A DNA stretch of 64,000 bases from an uncultured Candidatus Rokubacteria bacterium (lineage in GTDB: Bacteria; Methylomirabilota; Methylomirabilia; Rokubacteriales; CSP1-6): positions 224,001 to 288,000 of the forward strand of contig CAVXJS010000014.1 of assembly GCA_963762145.1 (NCBI GenBank), written 5' to 3'. Positions within the stretch are counted from its first letter, which is position 1, and each line of letters begins with the position of its first letter. Below the pieces are notes generated by a model. The model saw only the letters and a list, made by a program, of their open reading frames with translations, was not told the DNA's origin and did not search any database. Below, piece by piece: positions 51,037 through 60,479 of this stretch. Made by a program: the position numbers and the translations under genes.

Positions 51037-51873
51037 ATGGCCGCACGAAAACGCGAGGTTATCCCCGTCCGGCCCGACTTCCTGATCCTGGGCCTGGCCG
51101 CCGCCGGCTTCGCCATCGCCGCCTACCTCACCGGGCTCAAATGGATGGGCGGCAATGCCGCCTTCTGCCTGTCCGGCAGCGGCTGCGACATCGTGCAGGG
51201 GAGCCGGTACGGAACGCTCCTGGGCGTGCCGACCGCGCTCTGGGGCGCGCTGATGTACGCGGCCATCGGCGCGCTGGCCGCTCTCGGGTTCACCGCGCCG
51301 CGGTGGAGCTGGGCCTTCTACCTGGCCGCCGCGGGGGTCGGGGTCTCGCTCTACCTCACCGCGGTGTCGGTGCTGGTCATCCACGCCACGTGCGCCTACT
51401 GCCTGGCGTCGGGGGCGATCATGGTGGCGATCCTGGCGCTGCTGGTTCGCCGGCGCGCGGTCCTGCCGGGGCGCCGGAAGCTCTCCGCGCTCGTGCCCGG
51501 GGCCCTGGCCGCGGCGATCCTGGCGCCGCTCGGCGCCGCCTTCATCTACGCGGCGCCGGCGGGCGGCGGCGCCGGCTTCGAGGGCGCGCTGGCGCGGCAC
51601 CTGCGCGAGAAGGGCGCGGTGATGTACGGCGCGCACTGGTGCCCGCACTGCTCCGAGCAGAAGGCCCTCTTCGGCGACGCGGCCAAGGACGTGCCCTACG
51701 TGGAGTGTGCGACCGACACGGTCAACGGCCGCCCCGACCTCTGCGAGAAGGCCGGGGTGAAGTCCTTTCCGACCTGGGTGATGGGCGCCGAGCGCCTCAC
51801 CGGCGTGCAGTCGCTCAAGGCGCTGGCCACCTTCTCCAAGTTCGAACCAGAAGCGGCGCCGCCGCCGAAGTAA
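51037..51873 (+). CDS. VKOR-thioredoxin-like fusion disulfide-formation protein
   Basis: CLSGSGCDIV loop; CAYC; thioredoxin-like MYGAHWCPHC..VECA..CEKAGVKSFPTW. Confidence 0.88.
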   Translation: MAARKREVIPVRPDFLILGLAAAGFAIAAYLTGLKWMGGNAAFCLSGSGCDIVQGSRYGTLLGVPTALWGALMYAAIGALAALGFTAPRWSWAFYLAAAGVGVSLYLTAVSVLVIHATCAYCLASGAIMVAILALLVRRRAVLPGRRKLSALVPGALAAAILAPLGAAFIYAAPAGGGAGFEGALARHLREKGAVMYGAHWCPHCSEQKALFGDAAKDVPYVECATDTVNGRPDLCEKAGVKSFPTWVMGAERLTGVQSLKALATFSKFEPEAAPPPK

Positions 51874-51961
51874 CCCCCTCACCCTGCCCTCTCCCCTGAG
51901 GGGAGAGGGTGATTGCCAACCCTCGCCCCCGGAGGGGGAGAGGGTTGGGTGAGGGGGGGGG
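51874..51961. repeat. BoxC-like palindromic repeat doublet between convergent genes
   Basis: CCCCTCACCCTGCCCTCTCCCC..GGGGAGAGGGTTGGGTGAGGGG. Confidence 0.8.
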
Positions 51962-51967
51962 CTTCCC

Positions 51968-53560
51968 TCAGTGCGCCCCGGTCGCCGGCCGCGTCCGCGC
52001 GCGCTTGAGAAATACCGCCAGCGGGATGCAGCAGAGCGCCAGCACCGTGATCAGCCGGAAGTTGTCCACGAAGGCCAGCAGCGTCGCCTGCGCCACCAGC
52101 GTCTTGTAGAGGATGCCGAGCGCCTGCTGTCCGGCCTGGCTCGCGCCCACCTTGGGCGTGAGGACCTTCCGGAGCGCCTCGAGCCGCTGCTGGAACACCG
52201 GGTCGTAGGGCGTCATCCTCGCCACCATGATGTTCTGGTGCACCTGCGCGCGCCGCGCCAGGATCGTGGTGGCCATCGAGATGCCGATGCTGCCGCCGAG
52301 ATTGCGCATCAGGTTGTAGATGCCGGTGGCGCCGCCCATCTGCTCGCGCCGCAGCGTGGCGAAGGACATGGTGGAGAGCGCGATGAAGATCAGGGGGTTG
52401 GCGAGACCGTTCACGAAGGTGACCAGGGCGATGTTCGACCACGCCACGTCGAAGGTGAGCCGGCTCATCCAGATGCCGGAGAGCGCGAGCAGGCCGAATC
52501 CGGCCGAGACGATCAGCCGCGAGTCCACGACCCCGATGAGGCGGCCCGCGGTGATGGCGGCGAGCAGGGCGCCCAGGCCGCGCGGGCTGATCGCGAGGCC
52601 GGCCTCGAGCGCGGGGTAACCGAGCAGGGTCTGCAGGAAGAGCGGGAGCATCGCGGTGGTGGCGTAGAGGACGATGCCCATCGCGGTGATCAGGATCGTG
52701 CCGATCGCGAAGTTGCGGTCGCCCAGGATTCTCAAATTCACGATGGGCTCGTCCGTCACGAGCTCGCGCACGACGAAGGCCACCAGCGCCGCCGCGGAGA
52801 GGGTGAGGGCCCAGCGGATCCACACCGCGGCGAGCCAGTCGTCCTGCTGGCCCTTGTCGAGCACGAGCTGGAGCGTGGCCAGCCCGATGCCCATGAGCGC
52901 GAGCCCCCAGTAGTCGATGCGACGCAGCGTGGTGCGCTGCAGGTACGGCGGATCCTCGATGAACGCCTGGGTCATCGCGAGCGCGATCAGGCCGACCGGC
53001 AGGTTGATGTAGAAGATCCACCGCCAGGAGTAGCTGTCGGTGATCCAGCCGCCGAGCGTGGGGCCCATGATCGGCGCCACGATCACGCCCATCGAGTAGG
53101 CCGCCATCGCGCGGCCGCGCCGGGACGGGTGGAAGCTCTCGAGCAGGATCGCCTGGGCGATCGGCTGGAGCGCGCCGCCGCCGATGCCCTGGATCACGCG
53201 GGCCAGGATCAGCATCTCGAGGCTGATCGCGGCTCCGCACGCGGCGGAGGCGAGCGTGAAGATGACGATGCACGTGAGCAGGAGACGCTTGCGGCCGAAC
53301 GCGGCGCTGAGCCACGCGGTGACCGGCAGGACGATCGCGTTCGAGATCAGGTAGCTCGTGAGCACCCACGTGGCCTGCTCGGGCGTCGCGGAGAGGCTGC
53401 CCGCGATGTGCGGGAGCGCCACGTTCGCGACCGAGGTGTCGAGCACTTCCATGAAGGTGCCGAGCATCACGGAGATCGCGATGAGCACCGGGCTCGAGCG
53501 GGGCCGCCACTCGGCCGCGGCGTCCGCGGGCGGAGCGGTCGGCGGGTTCTCGTCTGCCAT
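51968..53560 (-). CDS. emrB: DHA2 family efflux MFS permease (EmrB/QacA)
   Basis: MEVLDTSVANVALP, WVLTSY, GPTLGGWITD..WRWIFYINLP, MRNLGGSIG. Confidence 0.9.
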   Translation of the reverse strand: MADENPPTAPPADAAAEWRPRSSPVLIAISVMLGTFMEVLDTSVANVALPHIAGSLSATPEQATWVLTSYLISNAIVLPVTAWLSAAFGRKRLLLTCIVIFTLASAACGAAISLEMLILARVIQGIGGGALQPIAQAILLESFHPSRRGRAMAAYSMGVIVAPIMGPTLGGWITDSYSWRWIFYINLPVGLIALAMTQAFIEDPPYLQRTTLRRIDYWGLALMGIGLATLQLVLDKGQQDDWLAAVWIRWALTLSAAALVAFVVRELVTDEPIVNLRILGDRNFAIGTILITAMGIVLYATTAMLPLFLQTLLGYPALEAGLAISPRGLGALLAAITAGRLIGVVDSRLIVSAGFGLLALSGIWMSRLTFDVAWSNIALVTFVNGLANPLIFIALSTMSFATLRREQMGGATGIYNLMRNLGGSIGISMATTILARRAQVHQNIMVARMTPYDPVFQQRLEALRKVLTPKVGASQAGQQALGILYKTLVAQATLLAFVDNFRLITVLALCCIPLAVFLKRARTRPATGAH

Positions 53561-53606
53561 TGCTTGACGGGGGTCGCTACCGCCCGCCATTATAAGCTTG
53601 AAAGCA

Positions 53607-54929
53607 ATGACCGACCTGGACCAGGAGGGAATATCCGGGCGGCTGCGCGCCCGGTTCTCGGCCTACCAGGACGGGCCGCCGCGCCGCCGCTACCTCCTCC
53701 TCGCGATCGTGGGCGTGGTGCTCGGCCTGGCCGGGTACGCGGGCTACCTGCTGTACTACTGGCACTACCACATCTCCACCGACGACGCCTACATCACCGC
53801 CCGCATCGCGCCGATGAGCGCGCGCATTCCCGGCACCGTGATCGAGGTCCTCGTCAACGACAACCAGGACGTGAAGGCGGATCAGGTGCTGGTGCGTCTC
53901 GATCCGCGCGACTACGAGGTCGCGGTGGCCCAGGCGCGCGCCGCGGTCGCGAGCGCCAAGGGCGATCTGGAGACCGCGGTCGCGGGCGTGCCCCTCGCCG
54001 ACGAATCCACCCGCAGCCTGGTCCAGCAGGCGGACGCCGCCCTCGGGGCCACCCAGTTCGGCTCCGAGATGGCGCGGCACGATCTGGAGGAGCGACGCGG
54101 CGTGCTCCAGGCCAAGCAGGCGGCGGTGGCGGCGGCCGACGCGGCGGTGCGCGCCGCGCAGGCCGACTACGATCGCAGCAAGAACGAGCGCGACCGCATG
54201 GTGTCGCTGGTGAAGTCGGGTCTCGTCGCGCAGCAGGAGTGGGAGCGCGCGGATGCCACGTTCAAGACCGCGGAGGCGACCCTCGACGCGTCCCGCAAGC
54301 GGCTCGATCAGTCGCGCAGCGAGGTCGTCCAGGCCGAGGCGTCTCTGCGCGCGCAGCAGGCCGCCATCGGCCAGTCGGTGAGCCGGATGGACGAGAGCCG
54401 GGCGTCGCTCCAGAACGCGCGCAGCCAGCGCCAGCAGGTGCGGCAGCGCCAGGCCCAGGTCGAGGCGGGGCAGGGCCGGCTCGCGCAGGCCCTCGCGAAC
54501 CTGCAGCAGGCGGAGCTGAACCTGGTCTACTGCACGATCCGGGCGCCGATGCCGGGCCGCGTGAGCCGGAAGTCGGTGGAGATGGGCCAGGTGGTGTCGA
54601 CCGGCCAGGCGCTCCTCGCGGTGGTGGACCTCGACGACGTGTGGGTCGTGGCGAACTACAAGGAGACCGAGCTCACCCACGTGCGTCCCGGCCAGCGCGC
54701 CACCGTGACGGTCGACACCTATCCGGGCAAGGTCTTCAAGGCGCGCGTGGATTCGATCCAGGCCGGCTCCGGCGCGGTGTTCTCGCTGCTGCCGCCCGAG
54801 AACGCCACCGGCAACTTCGTGAAGGTGGTCCAGCGCGTGCCGGTCAAGCTCGTGTTCGAGCGCGGGGAGAACGCGGAGCACCTCCTGGTGCCCGGCATGT
54901 CCGCGGTCCCGATCATCGCCATCCGCTAA
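53607..54929 (+). CDS. emrA: HlyD/EmrA membrane fusion protein
   Basis: STDDAYI; WVVANYKET; LLPPENATGNFVKVVQRVPV. Confidence 0.9.
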   Translation: MTDLDQEGISGRLRARFSAYQDGPPRRRYLLLAIVGVVLGLAGYAGYLLYYWHYHISTDDAYITARIAPMSARIPGTVIEVLVNDNQDVKADQVLVRLDPRDYEVAVAQARAAVASAKGDLETAVAGVPLADESTRSLVQQADAALGATQFGSEMARHDLEERRGVLQAKQAAVAAADAAVRAAQADYDRSKNERDRMVSLVKSGLVAQQEWERADATFKTAEATLDASRKRLDQSRSEVVQAEASLRAQQAAIGQSVSRMDESRASLQNARSQRQQVRQRQAQVEAGQGRLAQALANLQQAELNLVYCTIRAPMPGRVSRKSVEMGQVVSTGQALLAVVDLDDVWVVANYKETELTHVRPGQRATVTVDTYPGKVFKARVDSIQAGSGAVFSLLPPENATGNFVKVVQRVPVKLVFERGENAEHLLVPGMSAVPIIAIR

Positions 54930-54945
54930 CTCCCTCCGCGAATCT

Positions 54946-54997
54946 CCCTCTCCCCTCTGGGGAGAGGGCAGGGTGAGGGGCATGAAGGGGTGAGGGG
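54946..54997. repeat. BoxC-like palindromic repeat (single)
   Basis: CCCTCTCCCCTCTGGGGAGAGGGCAGGGTGAGGGG. Confidence 0.75.
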
Positions 54998-55001
54998 TCC
55001 C

Positions 55002-55811
55002 ATGAAGATCGATCTGCTCCTGATTCCGGTCGGCGCGCGCTACGCGGAGATGCGCGCGGCCGCGCTCGCCGCGGAGAACGCCGGCTTCGACGGCCTCTGG
55101 ACCTGGGATCACCTGCGCGATCCGGACGAGCGCGCGGAGGCCGGCGTGCCCGAGGCCTGGACGACGCTCACCGCGCTGGCCGAGGCCACGCAGCGCCTCA
55201 CCGTGGGCCCGCTCGTGCTCAACACCGGCCTGCGGCATCCGGGTCTGCTCGCCAACATGGCGGCCACGCTGCAGCAGGTGTCGAGCGGGCGCCTGCTCCT
55301 CGGCCTGGGCGCCGGCGCCACGCGGTCCATGTCGTACGCGCGCGAGCAGGAGGCGCTCAACATGGAGGTCTCGCCGGATCGCGTGCGCGCCGAGCGCGTG
55401 GCCGAGACCGCGCAGGTGCTGCGCCGCCTGTGGGCGGGGGACGAGTCGAGCTTCGTGGGCTCGCAGTTCCGGCTCGATCGGCCGTCGGGCTTCCTGCGGC
55501 CGGATCCGCCGCCCCCCATCATCATCGCGGGCTTCGGCCCGCGCATGGCCGGCATCGCGGGGCGGTACGGCGACGGCTTCAACACCCAGGCGATGCACCC
55601 GGATCTGGCCGAGCTGGCTCGCGTGGCGCGGGAGGCGTACGCCGCGTCGGGACGCGACCCCAAGCGTTTCAGCGTGAGCGTGTTCGCGGGCCTCAGCGCG
55701 CGGTGGCTCCGGCCCGAGGCGGCCGAGCGCGCGCGCCTCGAGCGCGTCGGCGTGGACCGGCTGATCCTGCTCGTGTCGCCGCCCTACGAGCTCGACAACA
55801 TCCGCTTGTAA
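55002..55811 (+). CDS. LLM-class flavin-dependent oxidoreductase
   Basis: GFDGLWTWDHL, EAWTTL, RHPGLLA, GRLLLGLGAG. Confidence 0.85.
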   Translation: MKIDLLLIPVGARYAEMRAAALAAENAGFDGLWTWDHLRDPDERAEAGVPEAWTTLTALAEATQRLTVGPLVLNTGLRHPGLLANMAATLQQVSSGRLLLGLGAGATRSMSYAREQEALNMEVSPDRVRAERVAETAQVLRRLWAGDESSFVGSQFRLDRPSGFLRPDPPPPIIIAGFGPRMAGIAGRYGDGFNTQAMHPDLAELARVAREAYAASGRDPKRFSVSVFAGLSARWLRPEAAERARLERVGVDRLILLVSPPYELDNIRL

Positions 55812-56298
55812 CCCTTCACCAATATCTCCGGCGCGGGCCGGAAGTCGAGCTCCGGCGCGCGCACGAAGCCCATGCGCTCGTAGAGCCGCATCGCGACGGC
55901 CATGATGTCGGCGGTGTGGAGCGCGAGCGCCGGCGCGCCGGCGGCGCGGGCCCGATGGAGACACTCGTCCATGAGCCGGCGGGCCACGCCCTTCCCCGTG
56001 CCGCCGGGGCCACGGCGAGGAGACGCACCTCGGGCCACTCGCGCGTGGCGGGTCGGTCGCCGGGCTTGGCCATCACCGCGCCCGCGGGAAAGAGCAGCAC
56101 CGCGCCGATCAGCGCGCCGCCGTCCTCCGCCACGATCTGGGCGGCCGGCCCCACGTCGGCCAGCGTCGCCTGGATGTTCTGCCGGTACGCGGCCCAGAGC
56201 GGCGGCGCGAGGACGGCGGCGTACTGCTCGTACGCCGCGAGCGTCACGGCCAGGATGGCGTCCCGATCGTCCGGGCGCGCGTCGCGGATCGCGGTCAC
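55784..56298 (-). CDS. GNAT family N-acetyltransferase (frameshift near 55998)
   Basis: IRDARPDD..VRLLAVAPAARG, then KGVARRLM..LYERMGF in the adjacent frame. Confidence 0.78.
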
Positions 56299-57185
56299 GC
56301 CGCCGCGGGCTTGACCTCACCCGCGAGCCGCTCCATCGCGCGCACCATCGCGGGGATGCCGTCGCGCGGCAGGTCGAAGGTCATCCAGGAGGCGCCCAGC
56401 TTCTGCGCCCGCTTGACGTCGGCGGCCACCTCGGCCACCGAGCCCTGGAAGGCGGCGCGGCCGGCGCCCTTGGCGGTGCCGGTCAGGTCGAGCATGTTGC
56501 GGGGGGCGAGCCCGAGCGTCTCCCGCCGTCCGGCACGGCCGGCCAGGTCGCGCAGGGTGGCGTAGCCTTTCTCGATCTCGTCGAGCCCGAGCGCGAGGGG
56601 ATGCCAGGCATCGCCCAGCTCGGCGCAGCGCCGCACCGCGGGCCCGGAGACCGCGCCGGGCGAGCCGCCCACCCAGATGGGCGGATGCGGCTGCTGAACG
56701 GGCCGCGGGGAGAACGTGGCGCCCGAGAAGCTCACGTGCTTGCCGTTGTACTGCGGGATGTCGGCGGCGAAGGCGGCCTTGATGGCGCGGATGTAGTCGT
56801 CGCTGAGCTGGCCGCGCTCGCGGAACGGCAGCCGCAGGTCGACGAACTCGGCTTCGTCCCAGCCGACGCCGACGCCGAAGATGAAGCGGCCGTTGGAAGC
56901 CTGATCCACCGTCGCCGCCGACTTGGCCGCGACCAGCGCGTTCCGATAGGGGAGCACGATCACGCTGGCCCCCAGGCTGATCCGCGTCGTGCGCCCCGCG
57001 AGGAAGGCGAGCAGCGCGAAGGGATCCGGCCAGTGGCCGCCGTAGTGCTGGGTGGTAGCCGGCTTGGCCAGGATGTGGTCGGGGACGAAGACGCCGTCCA
57101 GCCCCAGCTCCTCCGCGCGCGTCGCCAGCGATGCCGCTTCCGCTACCGTGAGCTGCCAGATGGGAAGTACCACGCCGTACTTCAT
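56295..57185 (-). CDS. LLM-class, putatively F420-dependent oxidoreductase
   Basis: VPDHI, DPF, GRFIFGVGVGW, PRPVQQPHPPIWVGG. Confidence 0.88.
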   Translation of the reverse strand: MKYGVVLPIWQLTVAEAASLATRAEELGLDGVFVPDHILAKPATTQHYGGHWPDPFALLAFLAGRTTRISLGASVIVLPYRNALVAAKSAATVDQASNGRFIFGVGVGWDEAEFVDLRLPFRERGQLSDDYIRAIKAAFAADIPQYNGKHVSFSGATFSPRPVQQPHPPIWVGGSPGAVSGPAVRRCAELGDAWHPLALGLDEIEKGYATLRDLAGRAGRRETLGLAPRNMLDLTGTAKGAGRAAFQGSVAEVAADVKRAQKLGASWMTFDLPRDGIPAMVRAMERLAGEVKPAAA

Positions 57186-57201
57186 GCGCTCCTCCTTGAG
57201 A

Positions 57202-57496
57202 TCACATCACGAGTGTGTCGACGATCTCGTACCGCTCGGTCGTCACCTGGGCGCCGGTGGCCGCCGACGTGGCGGCCTGGCGGCGGAGGCGCGCTTCCTC
57301 GCTCGCCCGCATCGCCTCCTCGCTCTCCCAGAAGGTGACGATGAGACCCTTGCCGCCGTCACGGTCGACCAGCCAGTAGGCCGCCTTGAGCCCGGCGGTC
57401 CTGCTGGATGCTGGGCTTGACGTGCTCGCGGGCGCGCTCGATCCACCGCTCCAGCTCGTCGGCGGATCCCTGCCAGGCACCGAGTCGGGCGAACAT
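57202..57496 (-). CDS. Small dimeric alpha-beta barrel (ABM-like) protein (frameshift near 57400)
   Basis: MFARLGAWQG..HVKPSIQQ, then GLKAAYWLVDRDGGKGLIVTFWESEEAMRASE..YEIV. Confidence 0.7.
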
Positions 57497-57548
57497 GGCG
57501 CTCTCCTCCGGGCTCCGAGGCTACACGGTTGCCCGGGCGGGGACAACC

Positions 57549-57592
57549 GGAGTCAGGGCGGAGTCAGGGCGGAGTCAGGGCGGAGTCAGGGC
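57549..57592. repeat. 11-bp tandem repeat x4
   Basis: Four exact copies of GGAGTCAGGGC, overlapping the mgsA stop codon. Confidence 0.9.
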
Positions 57593-57996
57593 GTGGTCAC
57601 GCGGGTGGCGACGGGGGCGCCGGCGCAGGCGGGAAGGCCGGCGATGATGAGGTCGGCGGTGGCGAGGTTGGTCGCCACCGGGACGTTGTGGACATTGCAG
57701 ACCCGGAGCAGCGCGCGGATGTCGGGGTCGTGCGGCTGCGCGAAGAGCGGATCGACGAAGAAGAACACCGCGTCGATCTCCCGCATGGCGACACCGGCCG
57801 CGATCTGGGCGTCTCCTCCTTCCGGCCCGCTCAGGAGCTCCTCGATCTCCAGTCCGACCTTGTCCCGTACCAGGCGCGCGGTGTGCCGGGTCGCGATGAG
57901 GGGGAACGCGGCGAGCGTGTCGCGGTTGAACGTCGCCCACGCGACGAGGTCTACCTTCTTGTGGTCGTGCGCGATCAGGGCCAGCTTCTGGATCAT
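57586..57996 (-). CDS. mgsA: Methylglyoxal synthase
   Basis: ALIAHDHKK, LSGPEGGDAQI, FFVDP, QPHDPDIRALLR, ATNLATAD. Confidence 0.92.
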   Translation of the reverse strand: MIQKLALIAHDHKKVDLVAWATFNRDTLAAFPLIATRHTARLVRDKVGLEIEELLSGPEGGDAQIAAGVAMREIDAVFFFVDPLFAQPHDPDIRALLRVCNVHNVPVATNLATADLIIAGLPACAGAPVATRVTTP

Positions 57997-58015
57997 GGTC
58001 TGGAGTCCTTTCCCA

Positions 58016-58053
58016 AAAAGAAAGAGCGCCGTCATCGTACGGCGACGGCGCTC
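58016..58053 (-). terminator. Intrinsic terminator-like hairpin just upstream of mgsA
   Basis: Stem GAGCGCCGTC/GACGGCGCTC followed on the minus strand by TTTCTTTT. Confidence 0.6.
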
Positions 58054-58095
58054 CGGATTTCGCGACGACGCGATGAATTGCTTGCTACTCGAGGC

Positions 58096-58112
58096 TGCAG
58101 AGGGCGTGCCAG
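58096..58112 (-). promoter_or_regulatory. sigma54-type -24/-12 promoter
   Basis: Minus strand CTGGCACGCCCTCTGCA (GG-10 nt-GC). Confidence 0.55.
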
Positions 58113-58257
58113 TCGAGCGCATATCGATCGCGACGGGATTCCGCGAAGCGCGGCGGCTACTTGCGGCGCTCGGATGCGCCGCGTGCGGCGACGGGACGCC
58201 CGGAGATCGCTCGCGGACCAGGCAGCGCGGGTCCCGCTGCCGCAGCCGGAGGCAGCG

Positions 58258-58647
58258 TCAGACGACCTTCGCGCCGTGCTGGATCAGCAGCTCACGCAGG
58301 AGCGAGCGGTGGCAGTGGCTCTCGTCCTCGCAGTAGCAGCCTACCGAGAAGTCGGTCCGCGTGGACAGCGCGGCGAGCAGCGCGATCTGCCGCTGGGCCG
58401 CCGGCTCGCGCATCTCCCGCCGGTACCGGCGCGCGTAGCTCGCCCAGCGCGCGGGGGTGAAGGGCTTCGAGAGCGCCCAGGAGACGAGCGGCGCGGTGGG
58501 CGCCAGCTCGGGCAGCCACACGTCGTAGAAGTTCCGCGCCGCATAGTCGGCCTTGCGCACGCCGCGCGGCGGCCGCCGTACCGTGCCGATGCGCAGGCCC
58601 TCGCCCGCGTGCCGCGGGGTTCCGAGTCGCACGATACGCACCGCCAT
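58258..58647 (-). CDS. DUF488 family protein
   Basis: RRPPRGVRK, WLPELAP, GCYCEDESHCHRSLL. Confidence 0.85.
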   Translation of the reverse strand: MAVRIVRLGTPRHAGEGLRIGTVRRPPRGVRKADYAARNFYDVWLPELAPTAPLVSWALSKPFTPARWASYARRYRREMREPAAQRQIALLAALSTRTDFSVGCYCEDESHCHRSLLRELLIQHGAKVV

Positions 58648-58663
58648 CGCCGGCTCCGCGGCC

Positions 58664-59014
58664 CTAGATGACCCGCCGGGTCGCGGCGGTGGCAGGATCG
58701 CCGGTGTTCGGCGTGCCGGCGGGCTCGATCAGGAGGATGTGCACCTCCTCCTTCGCCACCGGCCGGTGCTCCACGCCCTTGGGCACCACGAAGAGCTCGC
58801 CCGGGCCCAGCTCGACCTGGCCGTCGCGCAGCTCGATGGTCAGACGCCCCTCGAGCACGAGGAAGAAGTCGTCGGTGTCGTCGTGCTTGTGCCAGACGAA
58901 CTCGCCCTGCGCCTTGACCACCATGAGGTCGTGCCCGTTGAACTGGCCGATGGTGCGCGGCTGCCAGTGGTCCTTGAAGGTGGCCAGCTTCTCTCCGAGA
59001 TTGACCGGGTTCAT
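58664..59014 (-). CDS. Cupin domain protein
   Basis: GEFVWHKHDDTDDFFLV; VPKGVEHRP; TPNTG. Confidence 0.88.
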   Translation of the reverse strand: MNPVNLGEKLATFKDHWQPRTIGQFNGHDLMVVKAQGEFVWHKHDDTDDFFLVLEGRLTIELRDGQVELGPGELFVVPKGVEHRPVAKEEVHILLIEPAGTPNTGDPATAATRRVI

Positions 59015-59580
59015 GCGCGCGGATTCTCCGCCGGCGGGTACAGGCGGTTGGACTCCTCGAAGAGGGCGAGCGCCTTCTCGACGTCGAACGCCTGCTCGAC
59101 GAGTCGTTCCGGATCCCATTCGCTGCGCGGCATCGCGAAGAAGTCACCGCCGTACACGTGAATCGCCCCGGTCAGCCGCTTGATCGGATTGACCACCGAG
59201 TGAATGATGTCCTGCCCGAGGGGCGCGACGTCACCGTCACAGAGCGCTTTCGCCCCGGCGGCCTCGATCCGGCCATCGGGCGCGCTCGCCACCCGGCGCC
59301 AGAAGATGTTGTCCTCTCGACCCGTGTACATCCCGATGACCGCCCACATCTTGTGGTTGTGGGGGAGCTGGCACATGCGCGGCCCCCAGACGACGTTGAG
59401 GATCGTCAGCTCCGGCGATCGGAAGACCACGTGGAGCCCGGCTCGTCGCGGCTCCCCGAGCGCCTTCAGAACCTCCGAGGGCGCCGCGACCGCGCTCGCC
59501 ACGACCTCGAGCACGCCCGGCGACCCGCTCGCGACGCCCGCGCTGCGGCATTCGGCAATGAATCGGTCCACGTCAAACAT
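59011..59580 (-). CDS. Cysteine dioxygenase-like cupin metalloenzyme
   Basis: PHNH, GREDN, IIHSV, IHVYGG. Confidence 0.78.
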   Translation of the reverse strand: MFDVDRFIAECRSAGVASGSPGVLEVVASAVAAPSEVLKALGEPRRAGLHVVFRSPELTILNVVWGPRMCQLPHNHKMWAVIGMYTGREDNIFWRRVASAPDGRIEAAGAKALCDGDVAPLGQDIIHSVVNPIKRLTGAIHVYGGDFFAMPRSEWDPERLVEQAFDVEKALALFEESNRLYPPAENPRA

Positions 59581-59629
59581 GGCACGCCCTCCTTCCGGTC
59601 TGAACATTCAGAGCGAAGTTCATCTCTTC

Positions 59630-60470
59630 TCACTCGATCACTCGGTCAGCACGCTGGCGGAAAGACTCCACGATCGTCATCCCGAGTGCCTTCGCCGTCT
59701 TGAGGTTGAGCACCAGCTCGAAGGTGGTCGGTTGTTCTACCGGCATCTCGGCCGGTTTTGCGCCTTTGAAGATCAGGCTCACCTGGTCCGCCGCGCGCCG
59801 GTAGAACTCCGAGAAGTTCGGCGCGTAGGAAAGTAGCCCACCGGCGTCCACCCACACGGCATTGCCGTACATCGAGGGCAGGCGATGCCTCAGCGCCGAT
59901 TCAGGAATCTGTCGTCTCGCGGGCACAAAGTTGCCGGAGGTGAGGACCAGCAGCGCCTCGGCCCTGGCGCGTCCGATTCAGTGAAAGCGCCTTCGTAGTC
60001 GTACGGCGAGCGTGTGAACTCGAGGACCTGCAGCGCGACGCCCAGCCGCTTGGCACCCGTCTGCACCGCCTTGAGCTGGCCTACGGTGGAAGTGTCGGAG
60101 AACACGGCGATTCGCCTGGCTCTCGGCAGGAGCTCCTGCGAACAGCTCGAGGCGTTTCGCAGCGAGGTCCGTTTGCTGCAGTGATACCCCGGTGATTCGC
60201 CCTCCTGGGCGCCCAGGCTCGAGATATGGCCGGTGGCCACGGGGTCATAGTCGATCGCAACCATGACGATCGCGGGTCGGTGTCCTGCTTGATCGCGGCC
60301 GATTCCCGGTCCGTCGACGCAGCTCTTCTGCGCAAGGCATGGCCAGCTCGGGGAGACGTCAATCCGCCCTTGCGTCGAGCGGAATTCGACACATTGCGGC
60401 CCTCGACGAACCCGAGTAGGTCCGCTCGCTCGCGGGAGCTGGGCCAGGCCGCCCACCGGGATCCGGAGGT
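59630..60470 (-). pseudogene. Degraded ABC_sub_bind family gene (many frameshifts, N-terminus not evident)
   Basis: Fragments IVMVAIDYDPVATG, ELLPRARRIAV, GGLLSYAP, IFKGAKPAEMPVEQPTTFELVLNLKTA..ADRVIE lie in different frames. Confidence 0.7.
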
Positions 60471-60479
60471 GCTCCAACT

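Noticed and set aside
51037-51873. VKOR-thioredoxin fusion as a novelty
   Set aside because: This architecture is already characterised in cyanobacteria and plants.
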